This document shows, piece after piece, positions 44,097 through 53,546 of a DNA stretch of 54,595 bases. A program made the translations under genes and the position numbers. The notes under the pieces were generated by a model. The model saw nothing but the letters and a program-made list of their open reading frames with translations. It was not told the DNA's origin and did not search any database. The DNA is from a virus. Lineage: Duplodnaviria > Caudoviricetes. The stretch spans positions 1 through 54,595 of IMG/VR virus record IMGVR_UViG_3300045996_000773; one strand, 5' to 3'. Each line of letters opens with the position of its first letter. Positions within the stretch are counted from its first letter, which is position 1.

Positions 44097-46055
44097 TTGA
44101 GAACACTCGCCATCGACATAGAAACCTATAGTTCTGCGGATCTTAAAAGCTGCGGAGTTTATAAATACACCGAAGCGGAAGATTTTGAAATACTGTTGTT
44201 TGGGTATTCTATGGACGGCGGTCCGGTAAAAGTTACCGATCTGCTGATCGATCCCTTGCCCTACGAAGTAGTCATCGCACTGAATAATCCCTACGTTTTA
44301 AAGACTGCGCACAACGCTGCATTCGAAAGAACTTGTATAGCAAAACATTTCGGACTTACTCTTCCTCCGGAGCAGTGGGAATGCACAATGGCGAAGGTTG
44401 CTCAACTTGGCCTGCCGTTATCGCTCGACCAGGCAGCTAAAGCACTTGGTATCGAAGACGGCAAAAAGGCTGATGGTAAAAAACTGATCCGTTATTTTTC
44501 CATACCCTGCAAACCGACAAAGACTAACGGTATGCGCACTCGTAATTTACCGCAGCATGATCCTGAGAAGTGGTTAAGTTTTATAGAGTACTGCGCTCAG
44601 GACGTTGCAGTAGAGCTAAAGATAAAAGAGAAAACATCATTTTTCGAAATAAACGAAACAGAAAAGAAAGTATGGAAGCTGGATCAGCAAATCAACGATC
44701 GCGGGATCTTAGTAGATCCTGAGTTTGTAAAAAACGCGATCGAGTTTGATCTGGCACACGCCGAAAAACTCACCCGAAAAGCCGCTGAGATTAGCGGTTT
44801 GGAAAACCCCAACAGTGTGTCGCAGCTAAAGGAGTGGCTGTTACAAGAAACAGGCGAAACCGTCCAGAGCCTGAATAAAGAAACTATCCCCGCCCTACTG
44901 AAATCAGTTTCTTCCGAGGCTGCGAAACACATGCTGGAAATACGTCAACAATTATCCAAAACATCGATTAAGAAATACGCTGCGATGATGGAAGTCATCG
45001 GACGAGATAATAGGGTAAGAGGCATTCATCAATACTACGGAGCGAATAGAACAGGCCGTTGGGCCGGTAGGTTAATACAACCGCAGAACATGCCGAAGAA
45101 CGAATTAAAGGACCTGGATCTTGCAAGGCGAATCGTAAAGCTTGGAGAACTTGACATGCTTGAAATGTTGTTCGGTGATGTATCGGGTACAATTTCTCAA
45201 CTTACGAGAACAAGCTTTATAGCAAAGCCGGGCTGCAGGTTTATAATTGCTGACTTCTCAGCCATTGAAGCAAGAGTTATCGCATGGCTGGCTGGTGAGA
45301 AGTGGCGCGTCGATCTGTTTAACAAAGGCGGCAAAATATATGAAGCCTCAGCTTCTCAAATGTTCAAGATACCTATTGAACAAATTACAAAGGGTTCAAC
45401 TTATAGACAACGTGGCAAGATAGCTGAACTCGCATTAGGCTACCAGGGTGGACCGAACTCAATTCAGCAGATGGAAATATCCACTAAAGTACCGCCGGAA
45501 GACCGCATACCCGAAGATGAACGTGTTCCGCTTGTAAAGAAGTGGCGTAAAGCAAATCAAAAAATAGTCCAATTCTGGTATGATGTGAATGACGCTTGCA
45601 TTGAAGCCGTTGATAGTGGTGAAAGGACAGGAGTACAGTACGGGATAGAATTTCATACTCATAACGATTGCCTGTTCTTAAAACTTCCAAGTGGCAGAGA
45701 ACTGGTTTATCAAAAGCCGAGACTTAAAGAAGGTCAGCGCGGCCCCGCAGTTACTTATATGGGAATGAACCAAACAACTAAACAATGGCAGCGGCAAGAT
45801 ACCTACGGCGGGAAGTTGGTAGAGAACATTGTACAGGCTACAGCAAGGGATTTATTAGCGCATACGATGTTAGATCTTGCCAAATGGGGATATACTATCG
45901 TTATGCACGTACACGACGAAGTTGTACTGGAAGAAGAATATGACTTTAGTAGAAGCCAAGAGGTCGCAGATATAATGAGTATAGTACCTACCTGGGCCAA
46001 AGGATTACCGCAGTCAGCTGAAGCTTACGAAACTGAATTTTATAAAAAAGATTAA
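44097..46055 (+). CDS. Family A DNA polymerase with 3'-5' exonuclease
   Basis: DIETYS, AHNAAFER, YCAQDV, RTGRWAG, motif A DFSAIEARV, motif B RQRGKIAELALGY, motif C HVHDE. Confidence 0.95.
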   Translation: MRTLAIDIETYSSADLKSCGVYKYTEAEDFEILLFGYSMDGGPVKVTDLLIDPLPYEVVIALNNPYVLKTAHNAAFERTCIAKHFGLTLPPEQWECTMAKVAQLGLPLSLDQAAKALGIEDGKKADGKKLIRYFSIPCKPTKTNGMRTRNLPQHDPEKWLSFIEYCAQDVAVELKIKEKTSFFEINETEKKVWKLDQQINDRGILVDPEFVKNAIEFDLAHAEKLTRKAAEISGLENPNSVSQLKEWLLQETGETVQSLNKETIPALLKSVSSEAAKHMLEIRQQLSKTSIKKYAAMMEVIGRDNRVRGIHQYYGANRTGRWAGRLIQPQNMPKNELKDLDLARRIVKLGELDMLEMLFGDVSGTISQLTRTSFIAKPGCRFIIADFSAIEARVIAWLAGEKWRVDLFNKGGKIYEASASQMFKIPIEQITKGSTYRQRGKIAELALGYQGGPNSIQQMEISTKVPPEDRIPEDERVPLVKKWRKANQKIVQFWYDVNDACIEAVDSGERTGVQYGIEFHTHNDCLFLKLPSGRELVYQKPRLKEGQRGPAVTYMGMNQTTKQWQRQDTYGGKLVENIVQATARDLLAHTMLDLAKWGYTIVMHVHDEVVLEEEYDFSRSQEVADIMSIVPTWAKGLPQSAEAYETEFYKKD

Positions 46056-46056
46056 T

Positions 46057-46242
46057 ATGAGTAATACCGTAACAGCGGAAAGCAAAATTGCTTACCTGGA
46101 AGAACTTAATATCGATCATTTAGTTGATCTGGAAAAAACTAACAAACAGATCGCGGAACTGAAAGAGCATTGCGCAATACTTGAACGCTACATTACCGAG
46201 AACATTAAAAGGATCGCTGAACTTAAAAAGCAAAACAAATGA
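46057..46242 (+). CDS. Small coiled-coil protein
   Basis: 61 aa, tiles the operon. Confidence 0.6.
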   Translation: MSNTVTAESKIAYLEELNIDHLVDLEKTNKQIAELKEHCAILERYITENIKRIAELKKQNK

Positions 46243-46697
46243 CACCTACTATTGATGAAGTGCTTGAAACCCACTTACCGGAGTTTCATGATACTACTAA
46301 TTTTTTAAAGAATTGTATTTATGCAGCCATGACCGAATGGGCCTCCCTCAATAGGCAGGGATGGACGGATGAATTAATAAAAGAAATGATTTACCAAAAG
46401 TGCGCAATCCAAGAAAATTATTTTGGGAATGTTCAAAAGATGCTTGATGACTTTAAAGAATCTAAACCAGAAATTGATTGGATGCCACTACCAAGTAAAC
46501 CCGGTGACGAATCCTGTCAATGTGATAAGGATAAGGAGATTGAAAGGCTGAAGGGATTGATTGAAAGGCTTGTTACAGATAAATATTATTTAGCAAACAC
46601 ACCAAGACAAACGACGGTCCGCTGGATATCGCTACCGGTGCCACCTGTCAGCATTGAAAAATATCGGGAGCAATACGCAATAGAAAACAATCTATAA
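46239..46697 (+). CDS. Hypothetical protein
   Basis: 152 aa; WMPLP motif. Confidence 0.65.
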   Translation: MTPTIDEVLETHLPEFHDTTNFLKNCIYAAMTEWASLNRQGWTDELIKEMIYQKCAIQENYFGNVQKMLDDFKESKPEIDWMPLPSKPGDESCQCDKDKEIERLKGLIERLVTDKYYLANTPRQTTVRWISLPVPPVSIEKYREQYAIENNL

Positions 46698-46714
46698 CCA
46701 ATAAATAATAGTAT

Positions 46715-46996
46715 ATGAAATACAGAAAAAAACCAGTAGTCATTGAAGCGATTCTTTATAACGGTGATAATGGGAATGAATTATATAATTGGTCAAATGG
46801 TGTAGTTGTAGAAAGCCCAATAGCGGAAGCGACAAATGATTACACAAATGGTAGTTACGTTCAAATAAAAACGTTAGAGGGTACAATGACCGGTATTATT
46901 GGTGATTGGATTATAAAAGGTGTTAAAGGAGAGTTCTACCCATGCAAGCCTGACATATTTGAAGCAACCTATGAAAAAGCTGATAACCAAATTTAA
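46715..46996 (+). CDS. Widespread conserved phage protein (PGDYG-like)
   Basis: YRKKPVVIEA...IKTLEG...GDWIIKGVKGEFYPCKPDIFEATYE. Confidence 0.8.
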   Translation: MKYRKKPVVIEAILYNGDNGNELYNWSNGVVVESPIAEATNDYTNGSYVQIKTLEGTMTGIIGDWIIKGVKGEFYPCKPDIFEATYEKADNQI

Positions 46997-47272
46997 CCCA
47001 ACTCAATACACCAACATGAGTAACTACACTAAAACGGATGATGATAAGATGCCGTTTACTCGGGTCAAAGAACCGCAACTAAATTTCTATTATCATCTAT
47101 CGTGGGGTTTTAAAGGGGCAAGATTTTGTCTTACAAAAATTAACAAAGACGGAACTGGGGAAGTTTGGACAGGTAAGACAAAAAACAAAACCATAAAAAT
47201 AAAGTTAGAAGACCTTAGACATATAAGAATGAGAAAAAACAAATTTTAACCCAACTCAATACACCAACATGA
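46992..47272 (+). repeat. 28-bp perfect direct repeats flanking one gene
   Basis: TTTAACCCAACTCAATACACCAACATGA at 46992-47019 and 47245-47272. Confidence 0.9.
47016..47249 (+). CDS. Hypothetical basic protein (77 aa)
   Basis: ATG lies inside repeat 1; the track's 46920 start overlaps the previous gene. Confidence 0.6.
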   Translation: MSNYTKTDDDKMPFTRVKEPQLNFYYHLSWGFKGARFCLTKINKDGTGEVWTGKTKNKTIKIKLEDLRHIRMRKNKF

Positions 47273-47484
47273 CAAAGGAAAAAATAATTAAACGAGTTAA
47301 TAATTGGAAAAGTACAAGGTTAGCGGCAATGTTTGATATTTATTGTTCTAATCGTTCTGAAGCTATCGTAATTCAATCGTATTTGAAAGAGGCTGGTTTA
47401 GTTGGTTATATCACCCACATAGGAACAGAAATAGGCATACTATTATATCTGAATGACAACAAACAGAATACACCAACTATATAA
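47269..47484 (+). CDS. Hypothetical protein
   Basis: 71 aa; ATG lies inside repeat 2. Confidence 0.6.
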   Translation: MTKEKIIKRVNNWKSTRLAAMFDIYCSNRSEAIVIQSYLKEAGLVGYITHIGTEIGILLYLNDNKQNTPTI

Positions 47485-47494
47485 ATACAAAACA

Positions 47495-47800
47495 ATGATA
47501 CCGCAAGATGTAAAGGATGAAGCGGAAAAAAGATTTCCGAAGCAAATAAGCTACGTTCCGGGCGGTTCTGACCGCCAACAATCATTACTTAAATCAGCCT
47601 TCATAGCCGGAGCAATGTACGCCGCCTCGCAGATAGAGGAATTGAAAAAAGAGTTGGAGGGTTACGAGGAAGCTACTAAAGATAAAAACCGCTTAGTAAG
47701 AGAACTTGACATTATCATCAACGGAGAGGAGGGGGCAGCAAAACAAGCATCCCTGTGTGATATAGTTTCTCAATTAAGAAATGAATATAAAAAGCAATAA
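47495..47800 (+). CDS. Hypothetical coiled-coil protein
   Basis: AFIAGA motif; LVRELDIIINGEEGAAKQASLCDIV segment recalled from Ead/Ea22-like phage proteins (unverified). Confidence 0.6.
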   Translation: MIPQDVKDEAEKRFPKQISYVPGGSDRQQSLLKSAFIAGAMYAASQIEELKKELEGYEEATKDKNRLVRELDIIINGEEGAAKQASLCDIVSQLRNEYKKQ

Positions 47801-47803
47801 TTT

Positions 47804-48208
47804 ATGAGTACAAAAGAGATAACAAAACAACCTTACATAAAGCTGTACACCAGGAAGAACGATAAAGTGTTTATGAAAAAAATACTTTACGTAACAACGC
47901 GCGAGATACGATTTTCATTGCTGACCGGGGATTGGATGGGACTGGAACGAGGTTCGAAGGTTGTATTCTTAAACCTCGGCGATGAGTGGTATATCGCAAT
48001 CGACAGTGATAATGAAGACGGCTACCTCGCCAATAGAGAACAAAACCACAGAAGCGGCTACCGGATATGTTCTGCCTATATGGTCAGGGCTTTATTATCA
48101 TCGCTGGCCCCTGGCAAGCTTAAAGCAGAATGCGAATTAAGTATTTCATCGAGGTTTGAATATCACGGCAAGCCGATTTATAAATTGACGAAAAGAAACA
48201 CCTTATGA
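47804..48208 (+). CDS. Hypothetical protein
   Basis: 134 aa, tiles the operon. Confidence 0.65.
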   Translation: MSTKEITKQPYIKLYTRKNDKVFMKKILYVTTREIRFSLLTGDWMGLERGSKVVFLNLGDEWYIAIDSDNEDGYLANREQNHRSGYRICSAYMVRALLSSLAPGKLKAECELSISSRFEYHGKPIYKLTKRNTL

Positions 48209-48705
48209 CGGAGAACCTGTACACGCCTGATTGCATAAGAACCTTCAGTGGAAAATATGTAAACGTCTTTGAACCGGATCCGGAAACAATCTGCATCGAG
48301 GATATAGCACACGCCTTGTCGCATCAATGCCGCTTCGGTGGACACCTGCCGCAGTTCTATAGCGTCGCGCAGCATAGTATCTTCTGCGCTGACCTGGCAG
48401 AAGATCAGCATAAGCTTGCAGCACTCATGCATGACGCGAGTGAAGCATACCTGCTTGACGTGCCAAGACCGATAAAGCTGAGGCTGGATAACTACAAAGC
48501 GATTGAAGACAACCTTATGACCCTTATCGCGGCAAAATTTAACTTCTCATTTCCCCTGGACCCGCACATTAAAGTAGTAGACGAACACATGCTTCGTACA
48601 GAGTGGGTTACTTTAATGTTAGAGTGCAGGGAGTATAAATTTGAAGTGTATAGCCCACAGAAAGCAAAGATTTTCTTTTTAAGAAAGTTCCAAGAATTAA
48701 AATAA
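48205..48705 (+). CDS. HD-domain phosphohydrolase (5'-deoxynucleotidase-like)
   Basis: DIAHALSHQCRFGGH, YSVAQHS, LMHDASEAYLLDVPRPIK. Confidence 0.9.
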   Translation: MTENLYTPDCIRTFSGKYVNVFEPDPETICIEDIAHALSHQCRFGGHLPQFYSVAQHSIFCADLAEDQHKLAALMHDASEAYLLDVPRPIKLRLDNYKAIEDNLMTLIAAKFNFSFPLDPHIKVVDEHMLRTEWVTLMLECREYKFEVYSPQKAKIFFLRKFQELK

Positions 48706-48737
48706 TTATTACGCAATTATATTAACTTGTCCAACCC

Positions 48738-51203
48738 ATGCCAATACCTAAGATTACCCACGACGGTCCGCTGGACATTGCTACCGGCAGGCACAGAAGA
48801 GAATCAAATTGGAAGAATAAACAAACCCTATGGAGTGCATTACTTGAAAAGCTATCCACTACACACCGGACAGCAGAGTCATACGCTGAGTACCTCGCCG
48901 CCAAGAAGCCCCGCCAGGATGAGATCAAAGACATAGGCGGCTTTGTAGGCGGATATCTTGACAAAGGCAAGCGCCGCAAGAACTCAATACTCAACCGTCA
49001 GCTGATCACGCTCGACGCTGACTCGCCTTCGCAAGACTTATGGCCCGACTTCAAGATGTTCTATGACAACGCTGCCTGCATTTACTCAACCCATAAGCAT
49101 AGCCCTGAACTGCCACGCTACCGGCTGATCCTCCCACTTGACCGTGAAGTAATGCCGGATGAGTACATAGCCATCGCCCGCAGGCTTGCTGGCAGTATAG
49201 GCATCGAATACTTCGACCCGACTACCTACCAGCCTGAGAGGTTAATGTACTGGCCCTCCACTTCAAAGGACGGTACTTACGTGTTCGAGGCTCAGGACGG
49301 TCCCTGGATCTCAGCCGATGCCATCCTTGCCACCTATCACGATTGGCGCGACTCTAGCGAGTGGCCGATGAGTGACCGCGAGAGATCCATCCCGCTACGT
49401 GCTATAAAGAAGCAAGGCGATCCGCTGGAAAAGCCGGGCATCATCGGCGCGTTCTGCAGGACCTATAATATCCATGAAGCTATCGCTGAGTTTTTACCCG
49501 ATGTGTATGAACCTTGCGATGTTAATGATCGGTACACCTACGCAATGGGATCCACGGCGGGCGGACTTGTTGTGTACGATGATAAGTACGCTTATAGCCA
49601 TCACGGGACCGATCCAGTCTCCGGCAAGCTATGCAACGCGTTCGATCTGGTCCGGCTGCATAAGTTCGGCCTGCAGGATGAAGACGTAAGGGAAGGGGCG
49701 AAGGCGACGGAGTTGCCAAGTTATAAGGAAATGATCGTTTTCGCCTGTAAAGATCCCGCTACCAGCAAAACGCTAAGTATGGACAAGCTTGAAGAAACAG
49801 AAGCCGACTTCGCGGACGACCTGGTAGATGCGCCGCAGGCTGAAGAAAACCTGGATTGGCTGTCCGATATCAAAAAGGATAAACAGGGCAGGGCCACCCA
49901 AACGATAGAGAATGTAATAATCGTTCTGAATAACGATACCGCGCTGAAGGGTAAGTTCGCCTACAACGAGTTCGAGGGCCGGGAAGTAGCTACCGGCAGA
50001 CTGCCCTGGCGTCACGATAAAAACACCAGCCCGCATTTAACTGATACCGATGATGCCGGTCTGCGCCATTACCTTGAAAAGCGGTACGACCTGTCTTCAG
50101 CTAATAAAATCAAAGACGCTCTGGATATAGTTATAAAGAAGAACAGTTTTCATCCGGTACGGGAATACCTGTCTGCTCTGCAGTGGGACGGCGAAGAAAG
50201 ACTTGAAACGTTGCTCATAGATTACTTAGGCGCTGAAGATAATATTTACGTAAGAACCGTAACGCGGAAAGCACTGGTGGCGGCCGTTGCAAGGATATTC
50301 CAACCAGGTATTAAGTTCGATAACATGCTTACGATTGTAGGGGATCAGGGTATCGGTAAAAGTACAATCCTCAGTAAGCTTGGCGGGAAGTGGTTTTCCG
50401 ACAGCTTCAATTTCCACATGTTAAGCAGTAAGCAAGGCGAGGAACAGTTAAGAGGCGCGTGGCTGGTAGAAGTGGGAGAACTGACAGGCCTTTCAAAAAC
50501 AGACGTAGAAAGCGCCAAAAGCTTCTTATCGCGTTGCGAGGACCGCTACAGAGTAGCCTACGGTAAAAGACTTGAATACTTCCCCAGGCAGAACATTTTC
50601 TTTGGATCCACGAATAATAAAAGGCCTTTACGCGATTCATCCGGAGGCAGGCGCTTTTGGATAGTTGTAACCGACGCGGATAAGGCTACCAAGAGCGTTT
50701 TTGACGGTCTGACGCAGGATGATGTTGACCAGATTTGGGCAGAGGCTTACACGTATTACGAATCAGGGGAATCGCTTGTACTGTCGGCAGAAGTAAAGAC
50801 AATGGCTGAAGCCATGCAGCAAGAACACACAGAGGCAGATGATCAGGCAGGAGTGATAGCAGATTACCTGGAAATTTTGCTACCTGAAAGGTGGGAAAGT
50901 ATGGACGTGTGGCAACGCCGGGATTGGTTGAAAGGCGAGGACGAACTTTCGGAAGCAGGTACTATAGAAAGAACGCATGTAAGTGTAGCGGAAATATGGT
51001 GTGAACTAATGGGTGGAACTATTAAGGATATGACCAAAAATAACACCAAACATATACACGATTACATGCAGCAAAGGTCCGGTTGGAAGATGGGTAAAAA
51101 GACAAAAAGATATAAGCTTTACGGTACTCAAAGAGTGTACGAAAAACGTGTAAACGAAGTCCAAAAAATTGTAAACAAGCGTAAACGAGAGTTGCAACAC
51201 TGA
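48738..51203 (+). CDS. Primase-helicase with VirE (virulence-associated E) ATPase domain
   Basis: N-terminal ITLDAD / YSTHKH / PRYRLILP primase-like motifs; Walker A GDQGIGKS; FFGSTN; GGRRFW. Confidence 0.9.
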   Translation: MPIPKITHDGPLDIATGRHRRESNWKNKQTLWSALLEKLSTTHRTAESYAEYLAAKKPRQDEIKDIGGFVGGYLDKGKRRKNSILNRQLITLDADSPSQDLWPDFKMFYDNAACIYSTHKHSPELPRYRLILPLDREVMPDEYIAIARRLAGSIGIEYFDPTTYQPERLMYWPSTSKDGTYVFEAQDGPWISADAILATYHDWRDSSEWPMSDRERSIPLRAIKKQGDPLEKPGIIGAFCRTYNIHEAIAEFLPDVYEPCDVNDRYTYAMGSTAGGLVVYDDKYAYSHHGTDPVSGKLCNAFDLVRLHKFGLQDEDVREGAKATELPSYKEMIVFACKDPATSKTLSMDKLEETEADFADDLVDAPQAEENLDWLSDIKKDKQGRATQTIENVIIVLNNDTALKGKFAYNEFEGREVATGRLPWRHDKNTSPHLTDTDDAGLRHYLEKRYDLSSANKIKDALDIVIKKNSFHPVREYLSALQWDGEERLETLLIDYLGAEDNIYVRTVTRKALVAAVARIFQPGIKFDNMLTIVGDQGIGKSTILSKLGGKWFSDSFNFHMLSSKQGEEQLRGAWLVEVGELTGLSKTDVESAKSFLSRCEDRYRVAYGKRLEYFPRQNIFFGSTNNKRPLRDSSGGRRFWIVVTDADKATKSVFDGLTQDDVDQIWAEAYTYYESGESLVLSAEVKTMAEAMQQEHTEADDQAGVIADYLEILLPERWESMDVWQRRDWLKGEDELSEAGTIERTHVSVAEIWCELMGGTIKDMTKNNTKHIHDYMQQRSGWKMGKKTKRYKLYGTQRVYEKRVNEVQKIVNKRKRELQH

Positions 51204-51425
51204 ACACCCGTTTGTAAACGTGTAAACGAAAATGTAAACGAGATTTTGGCAGATAGTTTACGCTAACTCACCTGAACAACAACTTTTAATATGAAATGTA
51301 AACGTGTAAACAAGAAATACTATATAAGGATAAAAATATAGGTATAGCGTATATATGCGTATATATATACCCATAAATAGCCTATTACGTATAATCCTCC
51401 AAAATCTCGTTTACACGTTTACAAA
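51148..51425. repeat. GTAAAC iteron cluster, putative replication origin
   Basis: Eight forward GTAAAC and three GTTTAC copies around an AT-rich, TA-alternating core at the end of the primase-helicase gene. Confidence 0.7.
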
Positions 51426-51442
51426 TGCTAAAAACTTAAGAT

Positions 51443-51826
51443 ATGCCAGATGAAAAATTCGTCCCTTTTTGGGATGACCCTGAAGAAAAAAAGCGGGTTA
51501 AAGCGATGCAGGAATTTAAGGATAGATCCTTCAAGTGTGAATCGCACTTAGAAAATTATTTCGCAAGGAAAGTAAAAGAGGCTGGCGGCATGGCTATCAA
51601 GTTTAACCCGACCACCAACGCAGGCCTGCCAGATCGGATAGTTTTTTATAAAGGCCGCACCTGGCTTGTAGAATTGAAGATGCCTAAAGGTAGGGTAAGT
51701 CCGGTGCAGCAGGTAATGCATAACAGGTTTAAACTTCATGGTTTTCCCGTGACGATCGTAAGGACTAAGGAAGATGTTGCAAAGTTTATAAACACTATGA
51801 CGCAACGAATAATTGAGGGTTTATAA
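51443..51826 (+). CDS. VRR-NUC domain nuclease
   Basis: ESHLE, GLPDRIV, VELKMPKGRVSPVQ. Confidence 0.9.
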   Translation: MPDEKFVPFWDDPEEKKRVKAMQEFKDRSFKCESHLENYFARKVKEAGGMAIKFNPTTNAGLPDRIVFYKGRTWLVELKMPKGRVSPVQQVMHNRFKLHGFPVTIVRTKEDVAKFINTMTQRIIEGL

Positions 51827-51838
51827 TAAATAGGATAT

Positions 51839-53221
51839 ATGAAATACAATCCCTGGCCGTACCAGCAATACACCGAAGACAGGATCGTAGCGGACACCTG
51901 CGGCCCCTTGCTTGACATGGGACTCGGTAAGACTGTGGCAACACTGACAGCGATGGCCCGGCTGATTAAAGCTGGCGAAGTAAAACGTGTACTTGTGATC
52001 GCCCCTTTACGGATAGCTGACGAAGTTTGGAGCGCTGAGGTACAGAAATGGGACCACCTGCGGCACTTGAAGCTATCAAAGGTCCTGGGGACCGAGACTA
52101 AACGCAAGAAAGCTTTGCTTTATAAGGCCGATATCTACATAATCAACCGGGAAAACGTGGCATGGCTTGTAGCTTATTACGCAGGCGCCTTTCCTTTTGA
52201 TGCAGTTATACTGGATGAGAGCAGCAGTTTTAAGGATCCCTCTTCAAGAAGGTTTAAAGCACTTCGGCAAGTAGCGCCACTGATCAAGCGGAAGTATATT
52301 TTAACCGGAACACCGATCCCCAACGGCTTGCTTGGTATATGGTCCCAGAAGTATTTTCTTGACCGTGGCGCGGCCCTGGGAGAGTCCTACGCTATGTACA
52401 GGCAGAAGTACTTCGAGGCCGATAAACGTGATCGGTATATGATACACAGCTATAAATTGCGGCAGGGCGATGAGTTGTTAGGCGCAGACATATTTGAAGC
52501 TGAGATCCATCAGAAAATAGCGGATCAGTGCTTTTCCATGAAAGCAAGCGATTATCTGGATCTACCAGAAAGGTTTGATCTTACCCGGGAAGTATCGCTA
52601 AACCCCGCCGATCATCAGAAGTATCTGGACTTTGAGAGGGACCAGGTTTTGGCCCTGAAAAGTGGGGAGGACATAACAGCCCTTACCGCTGCAGCCCTTA
52701 CCAATAAACTTCTGCAGTATGCTAATGGCGCGGTATATGACGAGGATAAAAAGTATCACGTTGTACACGACACGAAGCTGGAAGTGTTGGAAGAAATGGT
52801 GGAGGGCCTGGACGGTCAGCCGGTCCTTATCTTCTACTCCTACCGGCACGATCTGGAAAGAATGAAGCAGAAACTAAAGTCCCATAAACCTATGCACCTG
52901 CAAACCTCCCAGGACATTCAGGCGTGGAATGCATCAAAAATTGCGGTCATGCTTGCGCACCCGGCAAGTGCAGGCCACGGCCTTAATTTACAGGACGGCG
53001 GTAATCACATATTTTGGTATGGGTTGCCGTGGTCCCTGGAACTATACCAGCAGGCCAATGCAAGACTACACAGGCAAGGTCAGATAAAGCCGGTCTACAT
53101 TCATAAGCTTATTACTAAAGGCACAATGGATGAAGACGTTGAAAGGGCACTGCAAGGCAAGACTACCAAGCAGGACGCTTTAATGGATGCAGTCAAGGCG
53201 CTGGTTGAGAAATATCGATAA
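51839..53221 (+). CDS. SNF2-family helicase
   Basis: DMGLGKT, ILDESS, LTGTP, GHGLNLQ, QANARLHRQGQ. Confidence 0.93.
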   Translation: MKYNPWPYQQYTEDRIVADTCGPLLDMGLGKTVATLTAMARLIKAGEVKRVLVIAPLRIADEVWSAEVQKWDHLRHLKLSKVLGTETKRKKALLYKADIYIINRENVAWLVAYYAGAFPFDAVILDESSSFKDPSSRRFKALRQVAPLIKRKYILTGTPIPNGLLGIWSQKYFLDRGAALGESYAMYRQKYFEADKRDRYMIHSYKLRQGDELLGADIFEAEIHQKIADQCFSMKASDYLDLPERFDLTREVSLNPADHQKYLDFERDQVLALKSGEDITALTAAALTNKLLQYANGAVYDEDKKYHVVHDTKLEVLEEMVEGLDGQPVLIFYSYRHDLERMKQKLKSHKPMHLQTSQDIQAWNASKIAVMLAHPASAGHGLNLQDGGNHIFWYGLPWSLELYQQANARLHRQGQIKPVYIHKLITKGTMDEDVERALQGKTTKQDALMDAVKALVEKYR

Positions 53222-53234
53222 ACCGGATCGGTAA

Positions 53235-53507
53235 TTACTTCGATAAACCTGGTTGGGCCTGCAGCCTGTGTGCTTTAAACCAGTACATGGCCCTTTTGAG
53301 CATCGATAATTGCGCCGGGCAATCGGATCCTTCACAGTTAGAAATGGTCAAGTACCAAACTTCATTACCTGCATCAAGTTTCAGGTATGAATCAGTTGGC
53401 GGCTTTTTACTTACTTCGATAATCGCCAGGGGGTGCAGGCAGTGTACTATGTACAATCCTGACACGCCTTCGCGTATCGGATTGTACGCTAATAGAAATT
53501 TGTCCAT
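53235..53507 (-). CDS. Hypothetical protein
   Basis: 90 aa, converges on the helicase stop. Confidence 0.65.
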   Translation of the reverse strand: MDKFLLAYNPIREGVSGLYIVHCLHPLAIIEVSKKPPTDSYLKLDAGNEVWYLTISNCEGSDCPAQLSMLKRAMYWFKAHRLQAQPGLSK

Positions 53508-53546
53508 AATGTAAATTTAAAAGTTACTTCGATAATCCCGATAAGC

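Noticed and set aside
46715-46996. Assigning the PGDYG-like protein as a named anti-defence sponge
   Set aside because: Size and position fit, but I cannot match it to a characterised family without a search.
44097-48705. 2-aminoadenine (Z) genome pathway suggested by PolA plus HD hydrolase
   Set aside because: No PurZ or MazZ-like gene in the window.
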